60,560 nt of DNA from Clostridia bacterium (GCA_029006755.1 JAQXGO010000029.1:1-60560); one strand, 5' to 3'; counted from the first letter of the stretch, positions 9,041-18,827 are shown. A program made the numbers and translations. The notes: generated by a model not told the origin, from the sequence alone.

Positions 9041-10482
9041 TTATTGTAAAGGGAAGGCATGTAATGATTCCTGAGGAGGAAAGAACAATTGGATGGATGG
9101 GTGATCATGCCGCCCAGACAGTACAGTTTTGCATGGTGGACACTTCTCTTGCAGATTGCAGCTTTCGCATTGATGTCGCACAAAAAGAAAAAAACATGCT
9201 GTTACCAACTATGACGGTTCAGGAGAATGGCATTTTCCTATCCTGGGAGGTACAAAAAGAACATTTGCAGACTGCCGGTGAGATGCAGGTGCAGATACGA
9301 GCCTTCCGGGGAACGGCGATGGTTTGGCACAGCGAAGTATTTACCCTTTGGGTGGAGAGTTCCATTCAGGCAGAGGCGGCCTTTTCGTCGCCTCTCCCGT
9401 CTGCCTTTTCTACCTTAGAGGCTAATGTGGCGCAGCTTGCAGACGAGACGGCGGCATCCGCCAATACGGCAGCAGCATCCGCCGAGACGGCTTCGGCTTC
9501 TGCATTCGCCATGCAGGAAGCACTGGATAACTGCGTTCCGATTGTCGGAGATAACGGTAACTGGTTTTTATGGGACATAGAAACAGGAGGCTATGTAGAC
9601 AGCGGCAAGCCGTCACGCGGGGTGCAGGGTGAGCAAGGCATCCAGGGCGTACAAGGCATTCAAGGCATTCAGGGCGAACGCGGATTACAAGGCGTACAGG
9701 GCGTACAGGGCGAGCGCGGTGAACGCGGCGAACGCGGCGAGCAGGGCATCCAAGGCGAGCGCGGCCTGCGCGGTGAGCAAGGTATCCAGGGCATCCAGGG
9801 GAAACCCTTTGGCATTGCAAAGATTTATTCATCTATTCCCGCGATGCAGGAGGATTATGCCACGGCAGACGTGAATGTCGGCGATTTCGTATTGATCAGC
9901 ACCGGCAATGTGGAGGATGAAGACAATGCAAAGCTGTATGTAAAAGACAACACCGGCTTTTCGTACATCACGGATTTATCCGGTTCAGCCGGTATACAAG
10001 GAGAACAGGGCATCCAGGGTGTGCAGGGGCAACGCGGCGAAAAAGGGGAGAAAGGAGACAAGGGTGATAAAGGCGATACCGGACCACAAGGCATCCAGGG
10101 CATCCAAGGCGTGCAGGGAGAGCAAGGGTTACAAGGCATCCAGGGCGAACGCGGTGAGCAGGGCATCCAAGGCGAGCGAGGCTTTAGCGGGTTAAATCCT
10201 TTAATCCAAGTGCCGTACGCCGCAAGCTTAACAGTTTCGGCAAACACCATGACATACATTGCAGAACTTGCCGGAGATATTTCCATTACACTTGGCGACA
10301 GCGTCCCCGACTACGACAATGAATGGGCATTTAGCATTACGCAAGGCCAAACGGCATACGAGGTCACGCTGCCGACAGTAAACTGGCAGGCTGGAATTGC
10401 ACCGGTTTTTGCAGCGAACACAACCACGGAAATCCGGCTTTACTATATCGGCAGCACCTTAAAAGGGGTGTGGATACAGTGA
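9037..10482 (+). CDS. Collagen-like triple-helix repeat fibre protein
   Basis: Two uninterrupted Gly-X-Y blocks (9619-9807 and 9982-10190, e.g. [22 protein letters not shown]...). ATGA overlap with the upstream gene. Confidence 0.8.
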   Translation: MIIVKGRHVMIPEEERTIGWMGDHAAQTVQFCMVDTSLADCSFRIDVAQKEKNMLLPTMTVQENGIFLSWEVQKEHLQTAGEMQVQIRAFRGTAMVWHSEVFTLWVESSIQAEAAFSSPLPSAFSTLEANVAQLADETAASANTAAASAETASASAFAMQEALDNCVPIVGDNGNWFLWDIETGGYVDSGKPSRGVQGEQGIQGVQGIQGIQGERGLQGVQGVQGERGERGERGEQGIQGERGLRGEQGIQGIQGKPFGIAKIYSSIPAMQEDYATADVNVGDFVLISTGNVEDEDNAKLYVKDNTGFSYITDLSGSAGIQGEQGIQGVQGQRGEKGEKGDKGDKGDTGPQGIQGIQGVQGEQGLQGIQGERGEQGIQGERGFSGLNPLIQVPYAASLTVSANTMTYIAELAGDISITLGDSVPDYDNEWAFSITQGQTAYEVTLPTVNWQAGIAPVFAANTTTEIRLYYIGSTLKGVWIQ

Positions 10483-11612
10483 GGAAAACGACTGCAATCA
10501 TGGGAACATTTGTGCCGGATTCCCAAACCGGAGAGAGCCTTACATGGCAAAACTGCAAAGGCGGGTATTTTAGCATTACGGAAGAGAATGGACTGAAAGT
10601 CAAGGGAAACACACTGCAAAACGGTACACCAACGCCGGATGCGCCGCTGGATATGCAATGCGTGAAAGAGGGCACGGAAATAATTTGCCAAGGGAATAAT
10701 CTATTCAACTTTGCTGTCTTTTTAGATGTCAGTGCATGGCAGTACTCCGGCGCTCAAAACTTTGCGTTTTATGATCTTGATTTTTTAGAGGTTGGAAAAA
10801 GATATACAATTTCAGCAGTCGGCGCAGACAGCTGCTTCCCGTTAGATGCGTCGCTATGGTTTATGAGAGGAGAAGAACATTATTCCGGGACAACTGTTTA
10901 TTTGCTAAGTTCGAAAACGCCAAACAGCAACAGAATATATAGTTTCGAAGCAACAGGCAATGAATTTTTAAGAGTATATGTTCCGCGGATTAACGGCGCA
11001 TATGATTTCATCAATGACGCAAGCATACTGGAGTATTTTAGCAGAATTTACCTTGTGGAAGGGAGTTACACACAAGAAACATTACCAACCTATGAGCCAT
11101 ATTTTAAAAGCACAATCTCAACGCCGTGTGACTTATACGAAGGCGATGTCTGGTATCCTGCGACCGGAAAAGTGGTACGAGAAAATTTAGTTGCGACGAT
11201 AGAGGCGGCAACTGGCATGGATAACGTCACTTACGATAAATCGATTTTCCATTGTAGTGTGCCATCAAATCCGTGCGTAGACTTTACTTCAAAATCCAAT
11301 CGTTTTCTTGGTGCGGATAAAGACCTTGCGGCATTAGAGACAAATGAATGTATCAATATATACTCCAATAGCAGAACTTTTTTTGAATGGGTAATGGAAG
11401 TAGACACGATGGAAGAAATGAATGCGAAAATTGCGGAATGGAATGCCGGTGCGCAACCGTTAAAGTTCTATTGTAAGTTACAAGAACCGGTTGTAGAATA
11501 TTACACGCCGCAGCCCATCTACGCCATGCAGGGGGAGGTACACGTTTTGCAAACCCCCCTCGATTTGCCGGCTGCGCTCTCTGCAACCATGCTTGTAAAG
11601 GGGGTGGGATAA
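10470..11612 (+). CDS. Hypothetical phage structural protein (distal fibre / receptor-binding candidate)
   Basis: 380-aa intact ORF overlapping the collagen-like gene stop and followed by a TAATG junction. The start is uncertain (GTG 10470 or ATG 10500). Confidence 0.4.
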   Translation: MDTVRKTTAIMGTFVPDSQTGESLTWQNCKGGYFSITEENGLKVKGNTLQNGTPTPDAPLDMQCVKEGTEIICQGNNLFNFAVFLDVSAWQYSGAQNFAFYDLDFLEVGKRYTISAVGADSCFPLDASLWFMRGEEHYSGTTVYLLSSKTPNSNRIYSFEATGNEFLRVYVPRINGAYDFINDASILEYFSRIYLVEGSYTQETLPTYEPYFKSTISTPCDLYEGDVWYPATGKVVRENLVATIEAATGMDNVTYDKSIFHCSVPSNPCVDFTSKSNRFLGADKDLAALETNECINIYSNSRTFFEWVMEVDTMEEMNAKIAEWNAGAQPLKFYCKLQEPVVEYYTPQPIYAMQGEVHVLQTPLDLPAALSATMLVKGVG

Positions 11613-11881
11613 TGGCAGATGGGATTATGAAGGCCGCAACCGTGGCTGCGGCAATTGCTACGATCTGCGGCCTTTTGGTTACGGGGGTAAAGTGGTACTT
11701 AAAACAGGATGCGCAAACGGAGGATATTGAGGCGCTGAAAAAAGAGAATTCACTGATTTGCTATGGTCTTTCGGCGGCGCTGGACGGCCTGATGCAACTT
11801 GGTGCCAACCATACTGTGCCGCTTGCAAAGGACAAGCTGGATAAGCATCTGAATCAAAAAGCGCATGGGCAGGAGAGGTGA
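11612..11881 (+). CDS. Small membrane protein preceding the holin
   Basis: 89 aa with one N-terminal TM segment (AATVAAAIATICGLLVTGV) and then a helical charged tail. Confidence 0.4.
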   Translation: MADGIMKAATVAAAIATICGLLVTGVKWYLKQDAQTEDIEALKKENSLICYGLSAALDGLMQLGANHTVPLAKDKLDKHLNQKAHGQER

Positions 11882-12020
11882 GAGAAAGCAGGGCTTGACA
11901 GGATGTGGGGAGCGGATCATTCTCCGAGGGAAGGAGAACCGCATGCGGCAGGCGAGGACAGAAAGACAGGTAAACGATGTTTTCAAAGGGAACCGATACA
12001 ACATGGGAAGGAGATGGCAT

Positions 12021-12200
12021 ATGCAAAACAGACTAAAAAGTCCGGCCCTTTGGGTGGCTGTTGCAGCGCTGATTGCCTTTGTGGCAAAAAATTGGCTGCA
12101 CCATGAAATCCCCGGGTGGGACGGATTTGTAGAGCTCATTATGGCGGTACTCATGGCATTTGGGATTATCAACAACCCTACGGACAAGGAGAATTTCTAA
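12021..12200 (+). CDS. Holin (two-TM, phi-LC3-like); possible long form from ATG 11943
   Basis: 59 aa MQNRLKSPALWVAVAALIAFVAKNW...FVELIMAVLMAFGIINNPTDKENF. GGGAAGGAGA SD precedes the start. The stop overlaps the amidase start (TAATG). Confidence 0.7.
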   Translation: MQNRLKSPALWVAVAALIAFVAKNWLHHEIPGWDGFVELIMAVLMAFGIINNPTDKENF

Positions 12201-12817
12201 TGAAACAAATTGCATATAACAGAACAGAACGAAAGGAAAAACCAAAATTCATTGTGATTCACTGCACCGGCAATCCAAAAGAGGGCGCGAATGCGAATGC
12301 ACATTTTCGCTACTGGAATAGCGGTAACGTGGGGCAGAGTGCGGATTTTGTGGTGGACGACAAAGAAGCACTGCAAATTAACGACTACAAGAAATACTAT
12401 ACATGGCACTGCGGTGACGGAAAAGGCAAATACGGCATCACCAACAGCAATTCCATCGGTATTGAAATCTGTGTAAATCGTGACGGTGACTTTGACAAGG
12501 CGGTAGAAAATACCATTCACCTCGTACGCCGCATCATGGGAGAAACCGGCATTTACAACGTGGTACGCCATTATGATGCCTCCCGCAAGATTTGCCCGGC
12601 GGAGATGGCGGAAAACAATTGGGCAAAATGGAATGAATTTAAAAGGAGGGTTGCAGAAATGAGAGAACTTACAAGCATTAACGATATTGTCTGGGAGCTT
12701 GCAGACCGCAATATTATTACGGATGTTGCTTTATGGATGACAAAGCTTGAAGACGATGAAAACATATATTGGCTGGCGCGTAAGTGTGTCCATTATCTGA
12801 GGGGGCGTTGCGTTTGA
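12200..12817 (+). CDS. N-acetylmuramoyl-L-alanine amidase endolysin (Amidase_2/PGRP type)
   Basis: 205 aa. FIVIHCTGNP...YHFVVD-like FVVDD...TWHCGDG...SIGIEIC...RHYDASRKICP motifs of zinc amidases, plus a ~70-aa C-terminal domain. Confidence 0.85.
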   Translation: MKQIAYNRTERKEKPKFIVIHCTGNPKEGANANAHFRYWNSGNVGQSADFVVDDKEALQINDYKKYYTWHCGDGKGKYGITNSNSIGIEICVNRDGDFDKAVENTIHLVRRIMGETGIYNVVRHYDASRKICPAEMAENNWAKWNEFKRRVAEMRELTSINDIVWELADRNIITDVALWMTKLEDDENIYWLARKCVHYLRGRCV

Positions 12818-13434
12818 CGTTAAAAAGCTTTTTAACAGACATTAAAACGCGTATGCCGAACGCCTTTGAGGAAGAACAACTGATTGCGTGGATCAACACA
12901 GCGATCAGAGAAGTGTACAAAGTGATGGCCTTGCAGGATGGCTATACATTTACAGCCATTTCCGGACGCACTTTATATCCGCTTCCCGGCGAGATTGCGT
13001 TTGAATTAATCCGCACGGTTTTGGCTGACGGGATAGAATATGAGCCGCGCCGCTTAGGAGAAGATGTGCCGACCCACAGCTGGTTTAAGGCGGCAGAAGG
13101 ATTTATGGGCTTTTATCCGCCCCCAAAGGGAGGCACGCCGATTACCATCTTCTATCACGAACGTCCGGTTAGCCTTTTGACAGCCACGGAGGCACAAGCG
13201 GCCGGCGTTGACTATGATACCCAACCGATTGCACTTGTGGAAGACTATATGGAAATGGTGAAATACGCAGTTTTTATTACCATTGCAGAGGCGCGGGAGG
13301 ATGTTACGCTTGCCAACAATTACAAGCTCAGTTACAACCTTCTTCTGAGCCGTGCCCAGCAGGAACGGTATGAGAGGGAAGGGAAGTATCCGGTCACGAA
13401 AATTGTCAATCGAAAGAGGAGGCTGCAATATTGA
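12814..13434 (+). CDS. Phage neck/adaptor candidate
   Basis: ~206 aa. TTG start overlaps the amidase stop (TTGA) with GAGGGGG 8 nt upstream. The ORF track extends it to 12784. Function is inferred from position only. Confidence 0.4.
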   Translation: MTLKSFLTDIKTRMPNAFEEEQLIAWINTAIREVYKVMALQDGYTFTAISGRTLYPLPGEIAFELIRTVLADGIEYEPRRLGEDVPTHSWFKAAEGFMGFYPPPKGGTPITIFYHERPVSLLTATEAQAAGVDYDTQPIALVEDYMEMVKYAVFITIAEAREDVTLANNYKLSYNLLLSRAQQERYEREGKYPVTKIVNRKRRLQY

Positions 13435-14819
13435 GAAAGGGGACATGGCAAGAGATAGGCAGCAAAAAGAGAATGCTGCTAAAAAAGACGGGCGGCGGTA
13501 TCCATACGGGTCTGCCGGCGGAGGAAATTCCGGACGGCATGGCGGCGGACATGTATAATCTTTCCTCACGCAGTTATCCGCAGCTTCGCCCACGTGCCGC
13601 CCGTATAAAAGGGATGCCGGATTTGCCGGCCGGTACATTGCGCTATTTCGGCCTGATTTTAGGGAACACACCCGGGGCGGTGGTTGACCAAACTTTATAC
13701 ACCCTGCAAAACGATACCTGGACAAGCTGCGGCACACTGTTTACAGGGGCAGAGAGCAGAGTTTTTGCTGTCGATTACATGGATTACACAGTGTTTGCAG
13801 ACGGGACAGAATGTAAAAAGTACGATGGAACAGCCATATCAAAGGTCGGAGGTACAAATACGGGGCCGACAAACGCGGCGTTCCCGGTTTCCCACGCATG
13901 GCACCTTTTTACGGCATCGACCAGCGACAGTTATTTGCGATACAGTGCGGTAGAAGACATCGATGACTGGACAGCACCACTGAATGCCGGGCGGGAATTG
14001 GTCGAAACAGGGCGCGGCGCCTATGGCAGCGCATTATATGCGTATGGCGGCCATGTCTTGTACTTTAAAAAGTCGGCTCTGTTTGAACTTTACGGAACAG
14101 ACCCGGTAAACTTTTCACTCATGGAAATCAGCGGCGATATTGGCTGTGTTTCGCAAGGCTCTCTTGTGGAAATTGATGGTGTTCTATATTTCGTCGGCAT
14201 GGATGCAGTCTATCGTTATGATGGTGGGGCACGTCCTAAACGCATCAGCTTCCCCATTCAGCGGTTTATGGATAATTTAGATACAGACCGCTGCACGGAC
14301 ATTGTAGCCGGCAGTGACGGCACAAGGTACTATTTATCGCTGCCGCAAAAAGAGAACCAAAGCTGCTTATTGACCTATGACACGCGGATTGCCGAATGGT
14401 TTGTAGAAGATGAAACAGAAATATTTGCTTTTTCCTTACAGGAGAGCACACTGTTTGGCGCAACGCGTGCGGGAGAGGTGTTCGCATTTAACAGCAAGGA
14501 AGAAGGGGAAGACGTGACTTGGTCGTACACATCCAAACCGTATCTCTGCGAAAACTCGCTACACCAGAATTGGCATCGTCTCTATATTCGCGCGGCTGTG
14601 CCGCAGGGCGCGCATTGTACAGTGTATCTAAGTCCATGGTGCGGCGGAGAAGGGTTTGTACGGGTGGCAGAAGTGACCAAAAGCGGAATCACACAAATTG
14701 AAATACCGCCGCGGCTTTGGGATGCTCCGCAAATACGCATTAAATTATGCGGTTGTGGGGACATAACCATCCCGGCCTTGGAATTTACCTTCCGCGGAAG
14801 GGAAAGAAGTTACGGATAA
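13431..14819 (+). CDS. Phage tail/neck structural protein candidate (about the size of P22 gp10-type proteins)
   Basis: 462 aa. TTG start with GAGGAGG 8 nt upstream, overlapping the upstream stop. Beta-rich sequence. Assignment rests on size and gene order only. Confidence 0.4.
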   Translation: MRKGTWQEIGSKKRMLLKKTGGGIHTGLPAEEIPDGMAADMYNLSSRSYPQLRPRAARIKGMPDLPAGTLRYFGLILGNTPGAVVDQTLYTLQNDTWTSCGTLFTGAESRVFAVDYMDYTVFADGTECKKYDGTAISKVGGTNTGPTNAAFPVSHAWHLFTASTSDSYLRYSAVEDIDDWTAPLNAGRELVETGRGAYGSALYAYGGHVLYFKKSALFELYGTDPVNFSLMEISGDIGCVSQGSLVEIDGVLYFVGMDAVYRYDGGARPKRISFPIQRFMDNLDTDRCTDIVAGSDGTRYYLSLPQKENQSCLLTYDTRIAEWFVEDETEIFAFSLQESTLFGATRAGEVFAFNSKEEGEDVTWSYTSKPYLCENSLHQNWHRLYIRAAVPQGAHCTVYLSPWCGGEGFVRVAEVTKSGITQIEIPPRLWDAPQIRIKLCGCGDITIPALEFTFRGRERSYG

Positions 14820-14831
14820 TAAGGAGGGAAT

Positions 14832-15935
14832 ATGGAATATAAGGTTGATCAATGGCTAAAGGATAGAAACTATGGGGTTTCCAATGGAGAAAAAGGCCTT
14901 TCGGTAACGGATGGAAGCGGCACGGTGCGGACGTTGGATACGACCGGGCTTACGCAAAAGGCAGACGGTATGTACGGCACGAGGCAAAGCATTTCGGCGG
15001 CACTGTCAAACAGCAATGTGGGCGCACCGAAAGGGTTTGCGCCCCTTCGGAATACGCTGATCGCCTCCGGCGCAACAGTAGGCTATGCACCGCAAAGCGA
15101 TGCCCCGATTGTGAACGGGCAGACGTTGAATCCCAATGACAGCCGGATTGTGAAAGTGGGAGACGATTATTGGATAGATAAGGGATACGCGGATAGTTTT
15201 ACAGAGCGAAGCTATCAGAATCCGTACAAGGATGAGATGAAATCCATTCTCCGCTCGCTGGTGCGAGATAACTTTTCGTATGATCCATCGAAAGATACAG
15301 CCCTTGCGGCAGCACAGGAGAATGCCATGCTGGCGGCGAAACAATCTGCGAATGCACGTGGCCTTTTAGGGGGCAGCACTGCTGAAATCATGCGACAGAA
15401 TGCGGCAGCGCAGTTAATACCGCAGTATGAAGCAATGGCGTATGCGCGTTATCAGGATGAAAAGGACAGAAAGGTTAAAACACTTTCCGTTTTAGATAGC
15501 CTTGCGAAAAATGCTTTTGCAGAGTACAACGAGGGGAACGCTATGGAAATGGCAAACAAGCAGTATGCGCAGAATGTGCAGGAGGCACAGGAGGAAAGTG
15601 CGGATCATGCATTCCAGCAGCAGCTCAAACGCGTAACCACTATTGGAGAAGTGGATGAAGAGGCTGCCGCTGTGCTGCATCTGCCGGTGGGCACACTGAC
15701 CGCTGACCGGCGTGAATTCCTGGAACAATTTAACCAGGCCCTTGCTATGCAGGCCGCAGAAAAAGAGCAGGCCAAAGAACTGCAGACAATGAAAAATGAA
15801 GCCCAGCGGGAACAGGAAGAACAAAAGTTCTATCACGAACAGACACTTGCAGCCATGGAGCAGGCCAACGAACTGGAAAAGCTTCGTGCGCAAGCGGACG
15901 AGGTGATTCGCCGGATTCGCGCAGTAGGCAAATAA
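14832..15935 (+). CDS. Phage structural/ejection protein candidate with long C-terminal coiled coil
   Basis: 367 aa with SD AAGGAGGG. The C-terminal half is A/E/Q-rich helical (QAAEKEQAKELQTMKNEAQREQEEQ...). Confidence 0.4.
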   Translation: MEYKVDQWLKDRNYGVSNGEKGLSVTDGSGTVRTLDTTGLTQKADGMYGTRQSISAALSNSNVGAPKGFAPLRNTLIASGATVGYAPQSDAPIVNGQTLNPNDSRIVKVGDDYWIDKGYADSFTERSYQNPYKDEMKSILRSLVRDNFSYDPSKDTALAAAQENAMLAAKQSANARGLLGGSTAEIMRQNAAAQLIPQYEAMAYARYQDEKDRKVKTLSVLDSLAKNAFAEYNEGNAMEMANKQYAQNVQEAQEESADHAFQQQLKRVTTIGEVDEEAAAVLHLPVGTLTADRREFLEQFNQALAMQAAEKEQAKELQTMKNEAQREQEEQKFYHEQTLAAMEQANELEKLRAQADEVIRRIRAVGK

Positions 15936-15979
15936 CTTTACATTAGAAAGCGATTCACGGCACGGATGAAAGCTTTAAT

Positions 15980-16031
15980 GGAGGCAGCACTGATGTTGGT
16001 GTAGATACCAACATCAGTGCTGCCTCCTTTT
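15980..16031 (+). terminator. Strong rho-independent terminator closing the phage block
   Basis: Perfect 21-bp stem ggaggcagcactgatgttggt / accaacatcagtgctgcctcc, 6-nt loop, then TTTT. Confidence 0.85.
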
Positions 16032-16172
16032 GCGGTGTTTTCACCGCGATATAGGCCATAGCCGCAGATACTACGATTTCGTATGCACAACATGAGTAAA
16101 CCCAAGTGCCGAAAACCCTTATTTTATGCGGTGGATGTATACTAAAAAAGTGGATAGTAAACTGGAAATGAT

Positions 16173-16588
16173 GTAAAATAGCGAATACGGAGTCTCTTCA
16201 AGTGCTTTATCTAAATGGTTAAAGCTTTATTCCGAAGTTAAAATTGACGATGATACTGTTATCACTGCACAACAAATCAAAGAATTACAAAAACGCAACG
16301 CTCAACTTGAGGAGGAAAATCTCATAATAAAAAAGCAATTGCAATATTCACTCCACACGCAGACAACGATTCACTGCTGTAAAAGCTCTTTCAAAGCAAC
16401 ATTCGGTTACCACTCTTTGCAGAGTTCTCCGTGTAAACAGAAGTACATACTACAAATGGATGAATCACTCTCCGTCTGCAAGAGAACTTGAAAACAGGGC
16501 TATTCGTTCATGCATTCTTGAACTCTACGCCAAAACTGACAAACGTTTAGGAAATCGCAAAATCAAAGATTGTCTAAGCCGTGATGAT
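16173..16588 (+). pseudogene. IS3-family (IS150-like) transposase remnant, 5'- and 3'-truncated
   Basis: Translates to EYGVSSSALSKWLKLYSEVKIDDDTVITAQQIKELQKRNAQLEEENLIIKK (OrfA leucine-zipper end). After a frame change it reads [62 protein letters not shown] (OrfB N-terminus). There is no DDE domain. Confidence 0.75.
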
Positions 16589-16814
16589 CCAAAAACAAAA
16601 TACTTAAGTTTTTCGGGCAAGCGCATAGGTGTGACAAGCGCTTGGTTCCCATCGCGCAAATCTGTACTGCACCAAATGGGAGCCTTCGTGATTTCTTTGG
16701 ATGGCCATATAGTCTATCAAACCGTTTCTTTATCGCCTATGGGGCATTTTTACTGAATTTTATTGTATTTTCTGAATGCCGTCCATATTTATGTGCAATT
16801 TTTTTAAAAAAGCC

Positions 16815-16843
16815 TTGACAAATGAAGGAAAATCGTGTACACT
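16815..16843 (+). promoter_or_regulatory. Sigma-A-type promoter for ylxM-ffh operon
   Basis: TTGACA (16815-16820), 17-nt spacer, TACACT (16838-16843). Confidence 0.45.
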
Positions 16844-16887
16844 AATTAGGCTGTAAACGTTTTTATATTTACAGGGTGGAGAAAGCT

Positions 16888-17205
16888 ATGAAGAACCTAA
16901 GTACCGGATGCCTTCTTGACTATTATGCACCGCTTCTTACGGTGCGACAGAGAGAGGCGCTGGATATGTATTATAATATGGATTATTCGCTGTCGGAAAT
17001 TGCAGACCACTTTGCGGTGACAAGGCAGTGCGTGCGCGGCTATATCCAAACCGGGGAAGCAAACATGCGGCGGTTTGAGGCGGTTTTGGGGCATGCGGCT
17101 TTGCACGCGGCGGCAGATGCACTGCGTCGGGCAACCATAGAAAAGGACGCGGTTGCCGTGCAAAATGCGGTCAATAGATTGAGTGAAATTCTGGATATGG
17201 AATAG
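16888..17205 (+). CDS. ylxM: YlxM/UPF0122 putative DNA-binding protein
   Basis: 105 aa. LLDYYAPLLTVRQREALDMYYNMDYSLSEIA helix-turn-helix, located immediately upstream of ffh. Confidence 0.85.
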   Translation: MKNLSTGCLLDYYAPLLTVRQREALDMYYNMDYSLSEIADHFAVTRQCVRGYIQTGEANMRRFEAVLGHAALHAAADALRRATIEKDAVAVQNAVNRLSEILDME

Positions 17206-17217
17206 AAAGGGTAAAGA

Positions 17218-18549
17218 ATGGCTTTTGAAAGTTTAGGCGATAAGCTGCAAGGCGTGTTCAAAAAGCTCCGTGGGAAAGGACGCGTCAGTGAAAAAGATAT
17301 AAAGGATGCCATGCGTGAGGTGCGGCTTGCCCTGTTAGAGGCAGACGTAAACTTCAAAGTTGCGCGGGAATTTATTGCCAAGGTCAGCGAGAAGGCAGTG
17401 GGCGCGGATGTTTTGGAAAGCCTTACGCCTGCGCAGCAGATTATTAAAATTGTCAGAGATGAACTCATTGCGCTTATGGGAGGCACAGAAGCCAAACTGG
17501 CAGTTTCCTCAAAGCCGCCTACAATTTTGATGCTGGTGGGGTTAAACGGTGCCGGTAAAACCACAACTGCAGCTAAACTTGCGGCGCATTTGAAAAAAAT
17601 CGGTAAACGTCCTTTGCTGGCAGCGTGTGACGTGTACCGTCCGGCGGCGGTGCGGCAGCTTATGGTAGTTGGTGAGCAGGTAGGCGTGCCCGTTTTCACG
17701 AAGGAGGGCGAAAAGGATCCGATTCGCATTGCGGAGGAAGCCGTGCGCGGCTGTGACCTTTCGCGGTTTGATACGGTGATTTTGGATACTGCCGGTCGTT
17801 TGCAGGTGGACGAGGCTTTGATGGACGAGCTTGTCCGCATGAAGGATGCTGTGCATCCCACTGAAATTTTATTGGTCGTAGATGCTATGACCGGACAGGA
17901 TGCTGTGAATATTGCGGAGGGCTTTAATGAAACCGTAGGCATTGACGGCGTAATTTTAACCAAAATGGACGGCGATACCCGCGGCGGTGCTGCGCTGAGC
18001 GTTAAGGCCGTGACCGGGAAGCCCATCAAGTTTTCCTGTATCGGCGAAAAGCTGACAGATATAGAGCCGTTTTATCCGGATCGCTTAGCTTCCCGTATTT
18101 TGGGCATGGGCGACATGCTGACCTTGATTGACAAGGCGCAGGCGGCATTTGATGAGAAAACAGCCTTACAGCTGGAGCAAAAGCTTCGCGCAGAAAGGTT
18201 TACCTTACAGGATTTTCTGGACCAGATGGAGCAAATGAAAAAAATCGGCTCTATCGGGGAGTTAATGAGCATGATGCCCGGTATGAATCAAAAGGCGCTG
18301 CAAGGCGCAGAAATTGATGAACGCCAGGTGGATCGCACCGGTGCCATTATTAAATCCATGACACCGGCAGAACGAGAAAATCCGCAGATCATAAATGCAT
18401 CCCGCAAGCGGCGCATTGCAGCCGGCAGCGGCATGCAGGTGCAGGACGTAAACCGCCTTTTAAAGCAGTTTGACGATATGCAAAAGCTTATGAAGCAGTT
18501 TATGGGCAAAGGGAAAAAGCGTATGCGGTTTCCTTTTGGACTTCGATAA
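17218..18549 (+). CDS. ffh: Signal recognition particle protein Ffh
   Basis: 443 aa. [16 protein letters not shown]-loop, DTAGRL, TKMDGD motifs and a Met-rich M domain. Confidence 0.95.
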   Translation: MAFESLGDKLQGVFKKLRGKGRVSEKDIKDAMREVRLALLEADVNFKVAREFIAKVSEKAVGADVLESLTPAQQIIKIVRDELIALMGGTEAKLAVSSKPPTILMLVGLNGAGKTTTAAKLAAHLKKIGKRPLLAACDVYRPAAVRQLMVVGEQVGVPVFTKEGEKDPIRIAEEAVRGCDLSRFDTVILDTAGRLQVDEALMDELVRMKDAVHPTEILLVVDAMTGQDAVNIAEGFNETVGIDGVILTKMDGDTRGGAALSVKAVTGKPIKFSCIGEKLTDIEPFYPDRLASRILGMGDMLTLIDKAQAAFDEKTALQLEQKLRAERFTLQDFLDQMEQMKKIGSIGELMSMMPGMNQKALQGAEIDERQVDRTGAIIKSMTPAERENPQIINASRKRRIAAGSGMQVQDVNRLLKQFDDMQKLMKQFMGKGKKRMRFPFGLR

Positions 18550-18563
18550 GGGAGGTGAAAGAA

Positions 18564-18809
18564 ATGGCAGTAAAGATTAGACTCAGAAGAATGGGTGCGA
18601 AGAAGTCTCCGTTTTACAGAGTGGTTGTCGCAGATTCCAGATATCCGCGTGACGGCAGATTTTTAGAAGAAATCGGCACATACAACCCCATGGTAAATCC
18701 GTCCGAGATTAAGATTGACGGAGAAAAGGCAAAGAAGTGGATCGGCAATGGTGCACAGCCTACAGACAGCGTGAAGATACTTCTTAAGAAAAGCGGCATT
18801 GTTGACTAA
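18564..18809 (+). CDS. rpsP: 30S ribosomal protein S16
   Basis: [26 protein letters not shown]... canonical S16 N-terminus. Confidence 0.95.
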   Translation: MAVKIRLRRMGAKKSPFYRVVVADSRYPRDGRFLEEIGTYNPMVNPSEIKIDGEKAKKWIGNGAQPTDSVKILLKKSGIVD

Positions 18810-18827
18810 AAAGAGGGAGGATAAGCC

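Noticed and set aside
9422-10286. Periodic short repeats that could suggest a CRISPR or tandem-repeat array, plus long antisense ORFs
   Set aside because: The periodicity is 9 nt and in frame with Gly-X-Y codons of a continuous 481-aa ORF. There are no ~30-nt unique spacers. The antisense ORFs are by-products of the repeat.
16589-16756. C-terminal part of the 98-aa ORF 16460-16756 as a real protein
   Set aside because: The homology-like IS3 OrfB sequence stops near 16588. The remainder is read-through into unrelated sequence with no recognisable features.
17040-18029. 329-aa ORF antisense to ffh
   Set aside because: It is Ser/Ala/Thr/Arg-rich low-complexity translation with no SD, fully inside a confidently identified gene. 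This is a typical antisense artefact.
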